Assembly (NCBI GenBank): GCA_016715645.1
Contig: JADJZR010000004.1
Location: 101,269-165,268 of the forward strand
From: Elusimicrobiota bacterium
GTDB taxonomy: Bacteria; Elusimicrobiota; Elusimicrobia; FEN-1173
DNA length: 64,000 nucleotides
Direction: 5' to 3'
The translations under genes and the position numbers were made by a program. Under the pieces are notes generated by a model that ran no database searches, had not been told where the DNA came from, and saw only the letters and a list, made by a program, of their open reading frames with translations. This document shows positions 20,254 through 29,810 of the stretch, piece after piece (within the stretch, counting starts at the first letter, position 1; the number at the start of each line of letters is the position of its first letter).

Positions 20254-20565
20254 CATGTGGGACCAGCTCAATGGTGTGTTTTTGGGGACGCCCTTGGGAT
20301 AATACTGGTGGTAAAGAACACACCGCACCAGAGTTGTCCGGTCGGCGTGTAGCTCGGTGGCAAGCCGTTCCATGATGGACTCGCCGTAGCCGGAGTTTTC
20401 CGTCAGCCGCTCGCGCGCGATACGTTCTCCCGCGCGCCAATAGGTCGTCATCAATGCTTGATTCGTCGCCGCTTGCGCCCTTGCCCGTCCAGTGTCAATG
20501 ATTTTCCGGAGATCAACGACCAGCTTGTCGAACGTTGGGCCGCTTAGGACAATTTCTTTCGTCAT
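20254..20565 (-). pseudogene. 5' part of the DUF1016(YhcG)_N / SNase gene interrupted by the RIT element
   Basis: RAQAATNQALMTTYWRAGERIAR...NSGYGESIMERLATEL is a typical DUF1016 N-terminal region. It reads ...PLSWSHM then enters the RIT terminus. Confidence 0.7.
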
Positions 20566-20975
20566 CAGGATTCACTTTCCAAAAGGTTTTTCAGAGTGCT
20601 AAGGTCACGCTTTACCAAAGCAATATCCGCCATGAATCTCTTTTTAGACATGTTCGGTGACCGGAATAAAGTGAATACCACTTCGCTTCCGGCCCCGTTC
20701 GCCACCACACGCATTGGCACGTAGACCGGAACGCCTCCGGGGGGGAGAATTATGTGGTCCAGAACCCCAAGAGCATTCTTTTTTTCAAGCCGGATCTCAA
20801 CCGGACCCAACGAGGTTTCCATCAACCATTTGCCTTTCTGCCGCCTGGACGCCTTGCAAAACGTCGTCGCCCATCGAGCTAGATTGGCGGGATTGGAGGC
20901 GAAACGGTAAACATCTTTAGGGGTCCGTTTAATAGAAACGCTCAACGTATGCGATACAAGCATGGGGTTTGTCAT
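20565..20975 (-). CDS. SRPBCC (START/Bet v1-like) family protein
   Basis: 136 aa. Weak fold-level similarity only. ATGA overlap with the downstream DUF1016 gene. Confidence 0.5.
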   Translation of the reverse strand: MTNPMLVSHTLSVSIKRTPKDVYRFASNPANLARWATTFCKASRRQKGKWLMETSLGPVEIRLEKKNALGVLDHIILPPGGVPVYVPMRVVANGAGSEVVFTLFRSPNMSKKRFMADIALVKRDLSTLKNLLESES

Positions 20976-20985
20976 GGTTTTTGGT

Positions 20986-21207
20986 TTATCGTCGATTCAA
21001 GACCAACTCCAACCCTTCCCGCGCCTTCGCGGCAACGGTTTCGTCAACCGCCAAAGATTCCAGGTATCCCAGGAACAAATCCGCCGTTAACTGGTCGGCC
21101 GCGCCCTCAATGGCGGCGGCGAGGGTCAACAACTTTTTCCATTCGTCGCCTTTCCCCACCATTCGGCGCAAGGCTCGAACTTGCCCACCCATGCGGGCAA
21201 GGCGCAT
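20986..21207 (-). CDS. hypothetical small protein (73 aa)
   Basis: ORF 11 nt upstream of the SRPBCC gene, same strand. No motifs recognised. Confidence 0.35.
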   Translation of the reverse strand: MRLARMGGQVRALRRMVGKGDEWKKLLTLAAAIEGAADQLTADLFLGYLESLAVDETVAAKAREGLELVLNRR

Positions 21208-21503
21208 TTGTAAGGTCGTATGATCATTTGTTGCTTCGGTAACGGCGTATTTTTTTTCATTTTCCCCATGCCATTATCTCCCCATTATGGCCTGAATAAT
21301 CCCAATAACACAAAGCCTTTGAGATGAAGAATTCTACAAAATCCGAGCTTGACCATGCCCAAGGATGGCGGTAGAATTCGATATTCTTAGTAGAGCCTTA
21401 CGGAGGTCCCCTGCGAAAAATCAAACGTTACGGCTGGCTCCCGGACTTACCCGACCAATGAGACTTTCTTTTCGCCGCGCCGCCCATCAAACTTCCGAAA
21501 ACG

Positions 21504-22160
21504 GTGGACTTCCGCCCCAAATGCCCGCCGGTCTACGACCATGGCCAGCTCGGCGGTTGCACCGCCAATGCCATTGGCGCCGCCCACCAGTTCGAGCGGA
21601 TGAAGCAAAAGGCAAAATCCGCTTTCGTCCCATCCCGGCTTTTCATTTATTTCAACGAGCGGTTGATCGAACACACGGAAAACCAGGGTTCTGGCGCCAT
21701 GATCCACGACGGCATGAAAACAATCGTCCACCAGGGGTCTGATTGGCCCTACGTGACAGCCCGTTTCACCAATAAGCCCCCAGCCCCTTGTAATAAAAAG
21801 GCGTTAGACCACCAGGTGGTCTCCTATCAACGATTGGTTCAAACGGAGCGCCAGATGAAAGCATGACTTGCCTCTGGGTTTCCCTTTGTCTTCGGTTTCT
21901 CCGTCTATGAAGGTTTTGAGTCCGAATCCTTGGCGAAAACAGGCAAATTCCCCATGCCCGAAAAGGGGGAGAAGATGCTCGGCGGCCACGCCGTCAAGGC
22001 GGTCGGCTATGACGACGCTAAGGGGCGTTTTATCGTCAGGAATTCGTGGGGGCCGGAGTGGAGGATGGAAGGCTACTTTAGCATACCCTACAACTACCGG
22101 CTCAGCGATACACTTTCCATGGAATTCTGGACAATCCGGTTGGTGGAGGTTCCTGGGTAA
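21504..22160 (+). pseudogene. papain-like (C1 family) cysteine peptidase with one in-frame TGA (21864-21866)
   Basis: PPVYDHGQLGGC (catalytic Cys region). After the TGA the same frame continues LASGFPFVFGFSVYEGF...GGHAVKAVGYDD...FIVRNSWGPEW (His and Asn). GTG start, no obvious signal peptide. Confidence 0.65.
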
Positions 22161-22308
22161 GATTCGATCTCCTTACGGTCCAGGGTGCATTACCTCCATC
22201 TCGCCGAGTTCGACCGTAAACCGAATCGGGAGGGCGACAAATAAGGAGGAGGCAGCTACAAGGCGATAAAAAACCTCAACAAGACGTAGGACGAGCGTGA
22301 CGTTTTCA

Positions 22309-23709
22309 TCAGCGCGGCTGAGCGCGTTCGCGCCAGTGGCGATCCCATCGGCCGTCTTGGGAGTGATAAAGGGCACACAAGGCGAGCATTTCTTCGGCCC
22401 CCGTTTGATGAGGAGGCTGAGTTTCGGTGGGCTGAAATCCATTCCAAAACTTCTCACTTCCTTTCATGCGCAAGCCGAATTGTTTGACAGCGCCTTCGGC
22501 CACCCCGGACCCAATGGGCCATCCGTTGGCCCGGAAGCGGGGATAATCCATCGCGGTTTGGTTGTTGGGAAAATAGGAGGTGGCGTTTTGGTGGAGGACT
22601 CGGCGCGGAGATGCCTCCGAATCGGTTTCGGTCGGTGGTCCCAGCCGGTCGGATAAACAACCAAGATCGGCGATGATCCGGTCGGATTTTCCCTCCCAGA
22701 GCAACTCCTTGTGGTCCTCAAACCAGCGGAGGGCATCCGGCGTTCCCTCTCCGAAGGCGGCCTTAGCGCAGTCGGAAAGATGTTGGGCGGCGTGGGCCCA
22801 ATCAAGAATAAACGTGGCTTCCGGGAAATGCAGGTTCTTGAGCTCGCGGATCGACCGAGCTCCATCCGCCACGAATAAGCGATTTTCGGCGCGGGCGTAT
22901 CCCCGGCGTTCGGCTTCCACACGTAACAGCCACCCCATGGCCTCCCAGTCGGCCAGAGTGGCCACGTAGGTTTTTGTTTTTGCCTTCGCGCCTTCGTATT
23001 CACCCCGGGGAACGTGCGGCTGGGGGGTGGCCGTCGCGTCGTAGACGATGCCGATTTTGTCCTCCTTCCACCGTTCCCGAGGATCCGCCGATCGCGTCTG
23101 CACCCGTCCGCCGTCCGCCGCGATCACCAGCAGTCTCGGCGCCTGCGTCGTGGACGCGGGGCGCGCCCCGGCTTGATAGGAGGTCCGTTCCTGATCGCGC
23201 TCTTTGCGCACACGGCCCCCCTCCGTTCCCGCGATCCATCGCACGTGTTTGGCGCTCAGATCAACGTTGGAATGAACCTGAAGGATCTCTCGCCCCGCTT
23301 CAAAAGACCGCCCCACCACCGCCGCGTGGCAAATCTTCTTGCGCGTCTCCACGCTGGGACCAAACGGCGGAATCCCCAACGCCTCATCCAGCGGCGCGCC
23401 CGTGTGTCCGCACCGGTCGCAGACACCATAGGCCCGCCGGTATTCAATGGGTCCCACCGCCGTTTGAATCACCCGCCGTTGCGCTGTATTCTGAAACCGC
23501 CACCGTCCTGTGCAATGTCGACAGCGGGCCTCCTGGGGATGCGTTCGGGGGTCCTCCTCCAAACGCGATGTGAGCATCGCCTGGGCCAGCTCACGGCCGA
23601 GGCTCTCCGCAAACACCGCCAATTCCGACAGGGTCATGTCTTTCGTCATGGAATAACGCATCCTCCCGAAGTTTCCTTTTGATAACGTCAGAAAATCCGT
23701 CTCGTTCAT
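22309..23709 (-). CDS. DDE transposase, ISKra4-like
   Basis: 466 aa. N-terminal CxxC...CxxC zinc ribbon. DG and ILDWAHAAQHL motifs. Family assignment made from memory. Confidence 0.6.
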   Translation of the reverse strand: MNETDFLTLSKGNFGRMRYSMTKDMTLSELAVFAESLGRELAQAMLTSRLEEDPRTHPQEARCRHCTGRWRFQNTAQRRVIQTAVGPIEYRRAYGVCDRCGHTGAPLDEALGIPPFGPSVETRKKICHAAVVGRSFEAGREILQVHSNVDLSAKHVRWIAGTEGGRVRKERDQERTSYQAGARPASTTQAPRLLVIAADGGRVQTRSADPRERWKEDKIGIVYDATATPQPHVPRGEYEGAKAKTKTYVATLADWEAMGWLLRVEAERRGYARAENRLFVADGARSIRELKNLHFPEATFILDWAHAAQHLSDCAKAAFGEGTPDALRWFEDHKELLWEGKSDRIIADLGCLSDRLGPPTETDSEASPRRVLHQNATSYFPNNQTAMDYPRFRANGWPIGSGVAEGAVKQFGLRMKGSEKFWNGFQPTETQPPHQTGAEEMLALCALYHSQDGRWDRHWRERAQPR

Positions 23710-24128
23710 GGAAGGGGTTGGATGCGAGATCGCCCCATCGCATCAATCAAGCGAAGAATCTCCCTCTGCCATTTCACCCACCGATCTCGCGCTTGCCGGA
23801 ACTGGCGGTATCGCCCCGTCCATTCTCGGGCCAGGCCCACCCGATCGGGGGGCAGGGTCCAAAGCCGTGTTCGGCCTTGAACGCTGGCGGTCAGAACCAC
23901 CGTGGTGTGGGGTTTCCCCCGCGCGCAACGGCAGGAGGGTTTTGAACATTTTCGGCGAAGCGTATACACCGTTCCGCGGGCCGAGGGCCCCGGCGCGACG
24001 AACACGTCCAGAAGGCTTTTACCGGCGGGGTTCTCGATCAGCGTCAAGAGGCGCCGACGAAGTAAGCTGAGTTTTCGGTTTGACTGCATGTTGTTATACA
24101 TAATAGCATACAGAATAAAAAAAATCAA
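23706..24128 (-). CDS. IS-associated hypothetical protein (140 aa, Cys-rich KCSKPSCRCARGKPH)
   Basis: ATGA overlap with the transposase. Lies inside the IS boundaries. Confidence 0.45.
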   Translation of the reverse strand: MIFFILYAIMYNNMQSNRKLSLLRRRLLTLIENPAGKSLLDVFVAPGPSARGTVYTLRRKCSKPSCRCARGKPHTTVVLTASVQGRTRLWTLPPDRVGLAREWTGRYRQFRQARDRWVKWQREILRLIDAMGRSRIQPLP

Positions 24129-24203
24129 CCGAGATCGTGGTAGTGCACCCTACGGTCCAGGCATCCTTGCGAGCGGCCGATATATCTGATATAGATGTAA
24201 GGT

Positions 24204-24467
24204 ATGAAAAATTGGGTAGCGTTACCTCTCCTGCTCTTCATCGGCTATAACATCGTCCTGGACAGCGCCCTGGCGGACTGTCACGAGGCCGCCAACGTGT
24301 CGGCCTGCCATGCTTGCGTCTGCCAGACGCACATGAAGGACCAATCCGTCTCGACTCCCCGAGATAACGCCCCCGCGCCATCCGAGCGCATGGTCTTTGC
24401 CGATCCCCAGGTTCCCCAGCGTCTTTTCGATAAGTTCATCTTCCACCCTCCTAAAGTCTCCGCTTAA
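24204..24467 (+). CDS. small Cys/His-rich secreted protein (CzcI-like position upstream of czcC)
   Basis: 87 aa. N-terminal hydrophobic segment. CHEAANVSACHACVCQTHM. AT-rich promoter region upstream. Confidence 0.4.
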   Translation: MKNWVALPLLLFIGYNIVLDSALADCHEAANVSACHACVCQTHMKDQSVSTPRDNAPAPSERMVFADPQVPQRLFDKFIFHPPKVSA

Positions 24468-24546
24468 CCCTCGTCATTTCCCAAGCTTTCCCTGACCGGC
24501 CGCTCCGCGCCGCCGGTCGCATCTTGCAGCTACGAAAGAGGTCCCC

Positions 24547-25780
24547 ATGCGAAAATTATTCGTCGGGCTTTTGCCCCTATTCATCTTCCAAGGCGTCCGC
24601 GCGGGCGAGGCCGATTGTCCGCCCTTCGCCTCGCCCCAGGACGTCCTGAACTGCGTCCGGAAAAACCACCCGGAGGTCCTCCGCGCCGAGGCCGAGGCCG
24701 CCAACCTCGACGCCTTCGACTCCTTCGCCCGCCAGCGCCCCAACCCGGAGATCGATGCGGAAGCCGTGTCCAACAGCGATGATGACGAGGCCGCCCTTTC
24801 CGCAGAGGCCTCCTACCTCCACACCTTCGAGCTGGGCGGCAAACGAGGCCGTCGCCGGGACCTCGCCAAAGCGCGGAGAGAAGGCCTACTCGCCCGAATC
24901 CAAAAGACACGGGAAGAAGTGACATTGACCGCCGTCCTCAACCTCTACCGCCTGCGGCACCTCCAGGCCGAGCTCCACGCCGTTGAGGAGGCGCAAAACA
25001 CTTTCGGTACCATCATCGGCCAATACAAGAACCGCCGCCAGCTCTCGCCCGAGCAGCAGGTTTCGCTCAACGTCTTCCTCCTCGCGCAGAGCGACTACAT
25101 CCTGCGCAGGTCCCGCCTCCTCCAGGAGCAGCGGGCCTTGAGGCAGTACTTCGACCTCGCCACCGGCACCGACTTCCGGGCGGTCCTTAAAGCTCTCCCG
25201 CCTCCCAAAACCGTTTGGCCCGCTCTTCCCGCCTCCGTGCCGACCCTCGCCGGGGCGGCCCGCAAGGAGGCCCAGGCCGAAGTCGCCTTAGCGCAGGCGG
25301 AGCTGGGACTGACAAACAGCGACGCTGCTCCCGACCTCAAGCTCGGCCCCAAGGCGGGGGGTGGAATCCGGCCGAGGCCATAAGAACCAGTCCCTGGGCG
25401 GCACCCTTTCCATGGACCTTCCGCTTTACCAAAGGAACCAGGGTGCCCGCGCTCTGGCCCGCAACGAGGCCCGCCGGTCCGAGGTCAGCCTCGCCCAGCG
25501 CGAGCGCGAGCTCTCCGCCCAATGGACAACCTGGCTCGACGTCTATCAGGACGCCGTCGCCTCCCTGCGCGGCATGCCCACCCTGGAGCAGATGGAGAAG
25601 AAGCACCAGGGCATGGAGAGCCTCTTCGAGCGGGGCCTCATCCAAAGCGCCCTCATCATCGAGGCCCACCGACAGATGACCGACTTTACCGAAAGCTTTA
25701 ACGCCCAGGAACTCCGGGCCCTGGAAGCCCTGTGGTCCGTCTACGTTCTTCAAGGCCGCGCCCTCGAGGAGGGAATATGA
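24547..25780 (+). pseudogene. CzcC/TolC-family outer membrane efflux protein, frameshifted near 25360 and short
   Basis: N part in one frame to 25383 and C part in another (25361-25780). OMF-like helical repeats (LLQEQRALRQYFD ...). Confidence 0.6.
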
Positions 25781-26355
25781 AACCTTTCTTTTTGATTCTT
25801 TGTCTCGTTTTGCCTCTTAGCCTTCAGGCAGGAAAATCCCCCCAGACCCATGAGGAGGACGGCCACAAGGACGAACACGGCGACCACGTGGACCACGACG
25901 AAGATGACAAGGGCCATGAGGAAAGCGAGGGACATGGGGAAGAAGGCCACGAGGAGGGTGAAGAAGAAGCCTCCTCCAGCGTCGGTCCCGGCAACGCCGT
26001 GACGGCCACCGACCATGAGAACGGTCTCCAGCTCTCTCCTGAAGCCGTCGCCACCTTGGACATCAAAACCCATCCCGCGCCAATGGATTCCCTGTTCCCC
26101 AAGAAAGCCATCGTCACCTCCAAGGACGAAACTGGCGTTTACCGCCTCCGGGACGGATGGTACAAATTGGTCCAGGGCAAAACCGAGCCGCAGGGAGACC
26201 GCGTCCGCTTCACCCCGCACCGTAAACAAGACCTCCGCCCCGGCGACCAGGTCGTCGTCGAGGGTGCCCCTCTCCTCCGCGTCGCCGAACTCGACGCCTT
26301 CTCGACCGGCGAAGCCGGCACGGCCATTAGGCTTTCCAGGAGACAACCACGATAG
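25777..26355 (+). pseudogene. CzcB-like RND membrane-fusion protein with His-rich N-terminus, internally deleted (~190 aa remaining)
   Basis: Signal peptide. HEEDGHKDEHGDHVDHDEDDKGHEE. MFP N-terminal strand (LQLSPEAVATLDIK) joined directly to the C-terminal beta-domain (VTSKDETGVYRL...GDQVVVEG). Coiled-coil/lipoyl middle absent. Confidence 0.55.
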
Positions 26356-29300
26356 AAAAACTCGTCAGATTCTCCGTCAACAACCAGGGGCCTCGTCTTC
26401 GCGTTGGCCCTCATCCTCGCTGGGTTGGGCTGGACCAGCTTCCAGGCCCCTGCCTATCGACGCCGTGCCCGACACCAACAATCAGGTCCAGGTCAACACC
26501 GCCGTGGAAGGCCTCACTCCTGAGGAAATCGAGCGCTACATCACCGTCCCGATAGAGAACGGCATGGGCGGCCTGGCGGACCTTCTGCAGACCCGCTCCA
26601 TCTCTCGGTTCGGCCTCTCCCAAGTCACGCTGGTCTTTGAGGACAGGGTGGACATTTACCGCGCCCGGCAGGTGGTCTCCGAGCGCCCGGGCGGCGTCAT
26701 CCCCGCAGCTCCCCGAAGGCATCCAGCCCGGCCTTGGCCCTGGCTGCAGCACGGGCCTGGGCGAGGTCTACTTACACTCTCCAAGCCTCCACCCCCCGCC
26801 GTTGGGGCCGCGCGCATCGCCCAGCTCATGGAGCTCAAGAGCATCCAGGACTGGTATCTGAAGCCCCGCTCTCTCACCGTCCCCGGCGGCCGAGGTCAAC
26901 AGCATCGGCGGCTTCGAGAAACAGTTTCACGTCCAACCCGACATCCGCGCCATGGCCCGCTACGGCCTCCACTTCGACGACCTCATCGAGGCCCTCGAGA
27001 ACACGAACCGCAACGTGGGCGGCGGCTACGTCCAGCAGACGGGCGAGCAGTTCCTTGTCCAGGCCACCGGCCTTTTAGAAAACGTCGAGGATGTCCGCCA
27101 GGTCCCCATCAAGTCCCTGGAAACGCTTCAGACCATCCGCATCGGCGACGTGGCCAAGGTCCGCCTCGCCACGGATTGCGCACAGGCGCGGCCCCTGGTG
27201 AACGGCCGGAGGACATCGTCGGCACAGCCCGCATGCGCTTGGGCGAAAACAGCCGCGTTGTCGCCCACCGCGTGGCGGAGAAAGTGGCGGAGGTCAAGAA
27301 GGGCCTCCCCGAGGGAGTCGTTCTCAACGTCCTCTACGACCGCTCCGTCCTAGTGGACGCCACGCTCGGCACCGTCAAGCACAACCTCGTCACTGGCGCC
27401 GTCCTGGTCATCGTCATCCTGGTCCTCCTCCTGGGCAACTTCCGGGCCGCGCTCATCACCGCCGTTACCATCCCGCTCACGCTCCTCATCACCTTCATCG
27501 TGATGAAGCGCCTGGGCATGTCCGGCAACCTCATGAGCCTGGGCGCCCTGGACTTCGGCATCATTGTGGACGGGGTGGTCATCGTCATCGACAACTGCGT
27601 GCGCCGCGTCCACCACCACAGCCAGGAACTGCGCCGCGCGCTCAAGAAAGATGAGCTGTCCCGCACCATCGAGGAGGCCACGCTCGAAATCCGACAGTCC
27701 GCCGGGTTCGGCCAGCTCATCATCGTTGTGGTCTTCCTTCCCATCTTCGCCTTCACCGGGGTGGAGGGCAAGATGTTCGTCCCCATGGTGGGGTCCTTCT
27801 GCATCGCGCTCATGGCCGCCTTTGTCCTTTCCTTCACCCTGGCACCGGCCCTGGCCAGCCTCTTCCCTCAAGGGGGACGTGGGGGAGAAGGAGCCTTGGC
27901 TCATGCTCCGCATCCGACACATCTATGCCCCGACGCTCCAAAGACTTCTGAAATACCGCCCCGGGGTATTGGGGTTGGGCGCCTTCTCCATCCTCCTTGG
28001 CGGTTTCCTCTTCACACGCCTGGGTGGCGAGTTCCTCCCACAGCTGGACGAAGGCTCCCTCGCCATCCAGTTCGTCCGCCCCGGCACCATTAGCATAGAC
28101 CAGTCCGTGGCCCTCCAAGAAAAAAGCGAAGCCGTCATCCGGGAGTTTCCCCAGGTCAGCCTTGTCTTCAGCCGCATCGGCACTGCCGAGGTCGCCACCG
28201 ACCCCATGGGCGTGAACCTCTCGGACACCTTCATCCTCCTCAATGAGAGGGACAGTTGGGAGCCCATCAACGGCAGAAAGCCATCCAAGTCGGACCTCTC
28301 GGACGCGCTGGTCGCCCGCCTGCGGCTCAAGGTCCCCGGCCAACGCATGCTCATCACCCAGCCCATCCAGATGCGCTTCAACGAGCTTTTAGAGGGCACC
28401 CGTGCGGACATCTCCGTCAAAATCTTCGGCGACGACATGGACCGCCTTTCCGACCTCGCCGGGAAGATCAAGGCCGTCATAGACAAAGTGCCGGGCGCAG
28501 GGGACGTCGAGCTGGAGGTCCAGGGCAAGTCGCCCCTCCTGCACGTCAAACCCAACCTCGAGATGCTCCATTCCCTGGGCGTCTCCAACCGCGAGGTGCT
28601 GGAGACCGTGGGCACCGCCGTTGGCGGTCAAGAGGTGGGGGTCATCTATGAGGGGATGAAACGGTTCCCCATCGTCGTCCGGCTAAACGAGAAGGACCGC
28701 TCCGACCTGGACGCCTTGAGGGCCCTCCCCGTCGGCCTCTCCGCCAACACCACCGTCCCGCTGGCCGAGGCGGCGAGCCTCCGCTTCACGGACACCTACG
28801 GCGCATACTCCCGCGAGATGGGCAAGCGTCGGGTCGCCATCCTCGTCAACCCGCGCGGCCGCGACACGGGGAGCTTCGTGGCCGAGGCTCAAAGGAAGGT
28901 CGAGGAGGCCGTTAAGATGCCCTCGGGCTACTTCATCGAGTGGGGCGGCAACTTCAAGAACCTCCAACAAGCCAAGTCCCGCCTGGCGGTCTTAATGCCG
29001 CTGGTCCTGGTCCTTGTCCTCGGCATGATCTTCGTTGCCTTCCGCAACGTCTACGAGACTCTCCTTATCTTCTCCTGCGTCCCCCTGGCTCTGGTGGGCG
29101 GAGTTTTGGGCCTCATGCTCAACGGCTTGCCCTTCAGTATCTCCGCGGGGGGGTTTCGTGGCCCTCTCCGGCATCGCGGTCCTGAACGGCGTGGTCCTCA
29201 TCAACTGCTTCAACGACCTCCACCGGCTGGGCGTTACGGGGAAGGACCTCATCCACCAGGGCACGGACCTCCGGATCCGCCCCGTCCTCATGACGGCCTT

Positions 29301-29487
29301 GGTGGAAATCTTCGGCTTCCTGCCCATGATGCTCTCCTCAGGGATCGGCTCGGAAGTCCAGCGCCCCCTGGCCTCCGTCGTCATCGGCGGCGTGGTGTCC
29401 TCGACGCTCCTGACTCTGGTGGTCCTGCCGGTGCTGGTGTCACTGCTTGAAAAGAAAATCTGGCGCGAAAAAGAGGTGGAACTATGA
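26356..29487 (+). pseudogene. CzcA/CusA-family heavy-metal RND transporter, at least 5 frameshifts, start codon lost
   Basis: Recognisable CzcA segments occupy alternating frames: IEKLVRFSVNNQG; LVFALALILAGLGW; AVPDTNNQVQVNTAVEGLTPEEIERYITVPIE; QLPEGIQPGLGPGCSTGLGEVYL; MARYGLHFDDLIEALENTNRNVGGGYVQQTGEQFLV; the TM bundle; a long middle block (ORF 27564-29450); C-terminal TM helices (ORF 29035-29487). Confidence 0.7.
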
Positions 29488-29810
29488 AAGAAATCAAGGC
29501 TATCATCAAGCCCCACAAAGTGGAGGAGGTGCTCCACGCCCTCCACGCCATTCCCAACCTCCCCGGATGCATCGTCTCCCAGGTAAAGGGTTACGGACGC
29601 AGTCCCCAAAGCCCAAACGAAGATCTATTGGAGTCCGACAACTGGACCAAGATGGAGCTCGTCGTCCCGGACCTTCTCGTCAAGACGGTCCTCAAGACCA
29701 TCCAAACCCACGCCCACACCGGACAGAAGGGGGACGGCAAGGTCTTCGTGGTCAAGGTGGCGGACGTCCTCGCCATTCGCACGGGCAAGCGGGGGAACGA
29801 GGCGATTTAG
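29484..29810 (+). CDS. P-II (GlnB)-like small regulatory protein
   Basis: 108 aa. MKEIKAIIKPHKVEEV...GDGKVFVVKV P-II fold signature. Start overlaps the czcA-like end. Confidence 0.7.
   Translation: MKEIKAIIKPHKVEEVLHALHAIPNLPGCIVSQVKGYGRSPQSPNEDLLESDNWTKMELVVPDLLVKTVLKTIQTHAHTGQKGDGKVFVVKVADVLAIRTGKRGNEAI

Larger units (their letters stand above)
22190..24170 (-). mobile_element. ISKra4-like (ISNCY) insertion sequence with two ORFs and imperfect TIRs
   Basis: ggtaatgcaccct (reverse complement of 22196-22208) versus ggtagtgcaccct (24152-24164). Intact 466-aa transposase plus an upstream 140-aa ORF. Confidence 0.6.

Noticed and set aside
21864-21866. Selenocysteine decoding of the in-frame TGA in the C1 peptidase
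   Set aside because: No supporting SECIS-like hairpin was identified downstream, and neighbouring genes terminate with TGA. A nonsense mutation is the more economical explanation (retained as a low-interest finding).
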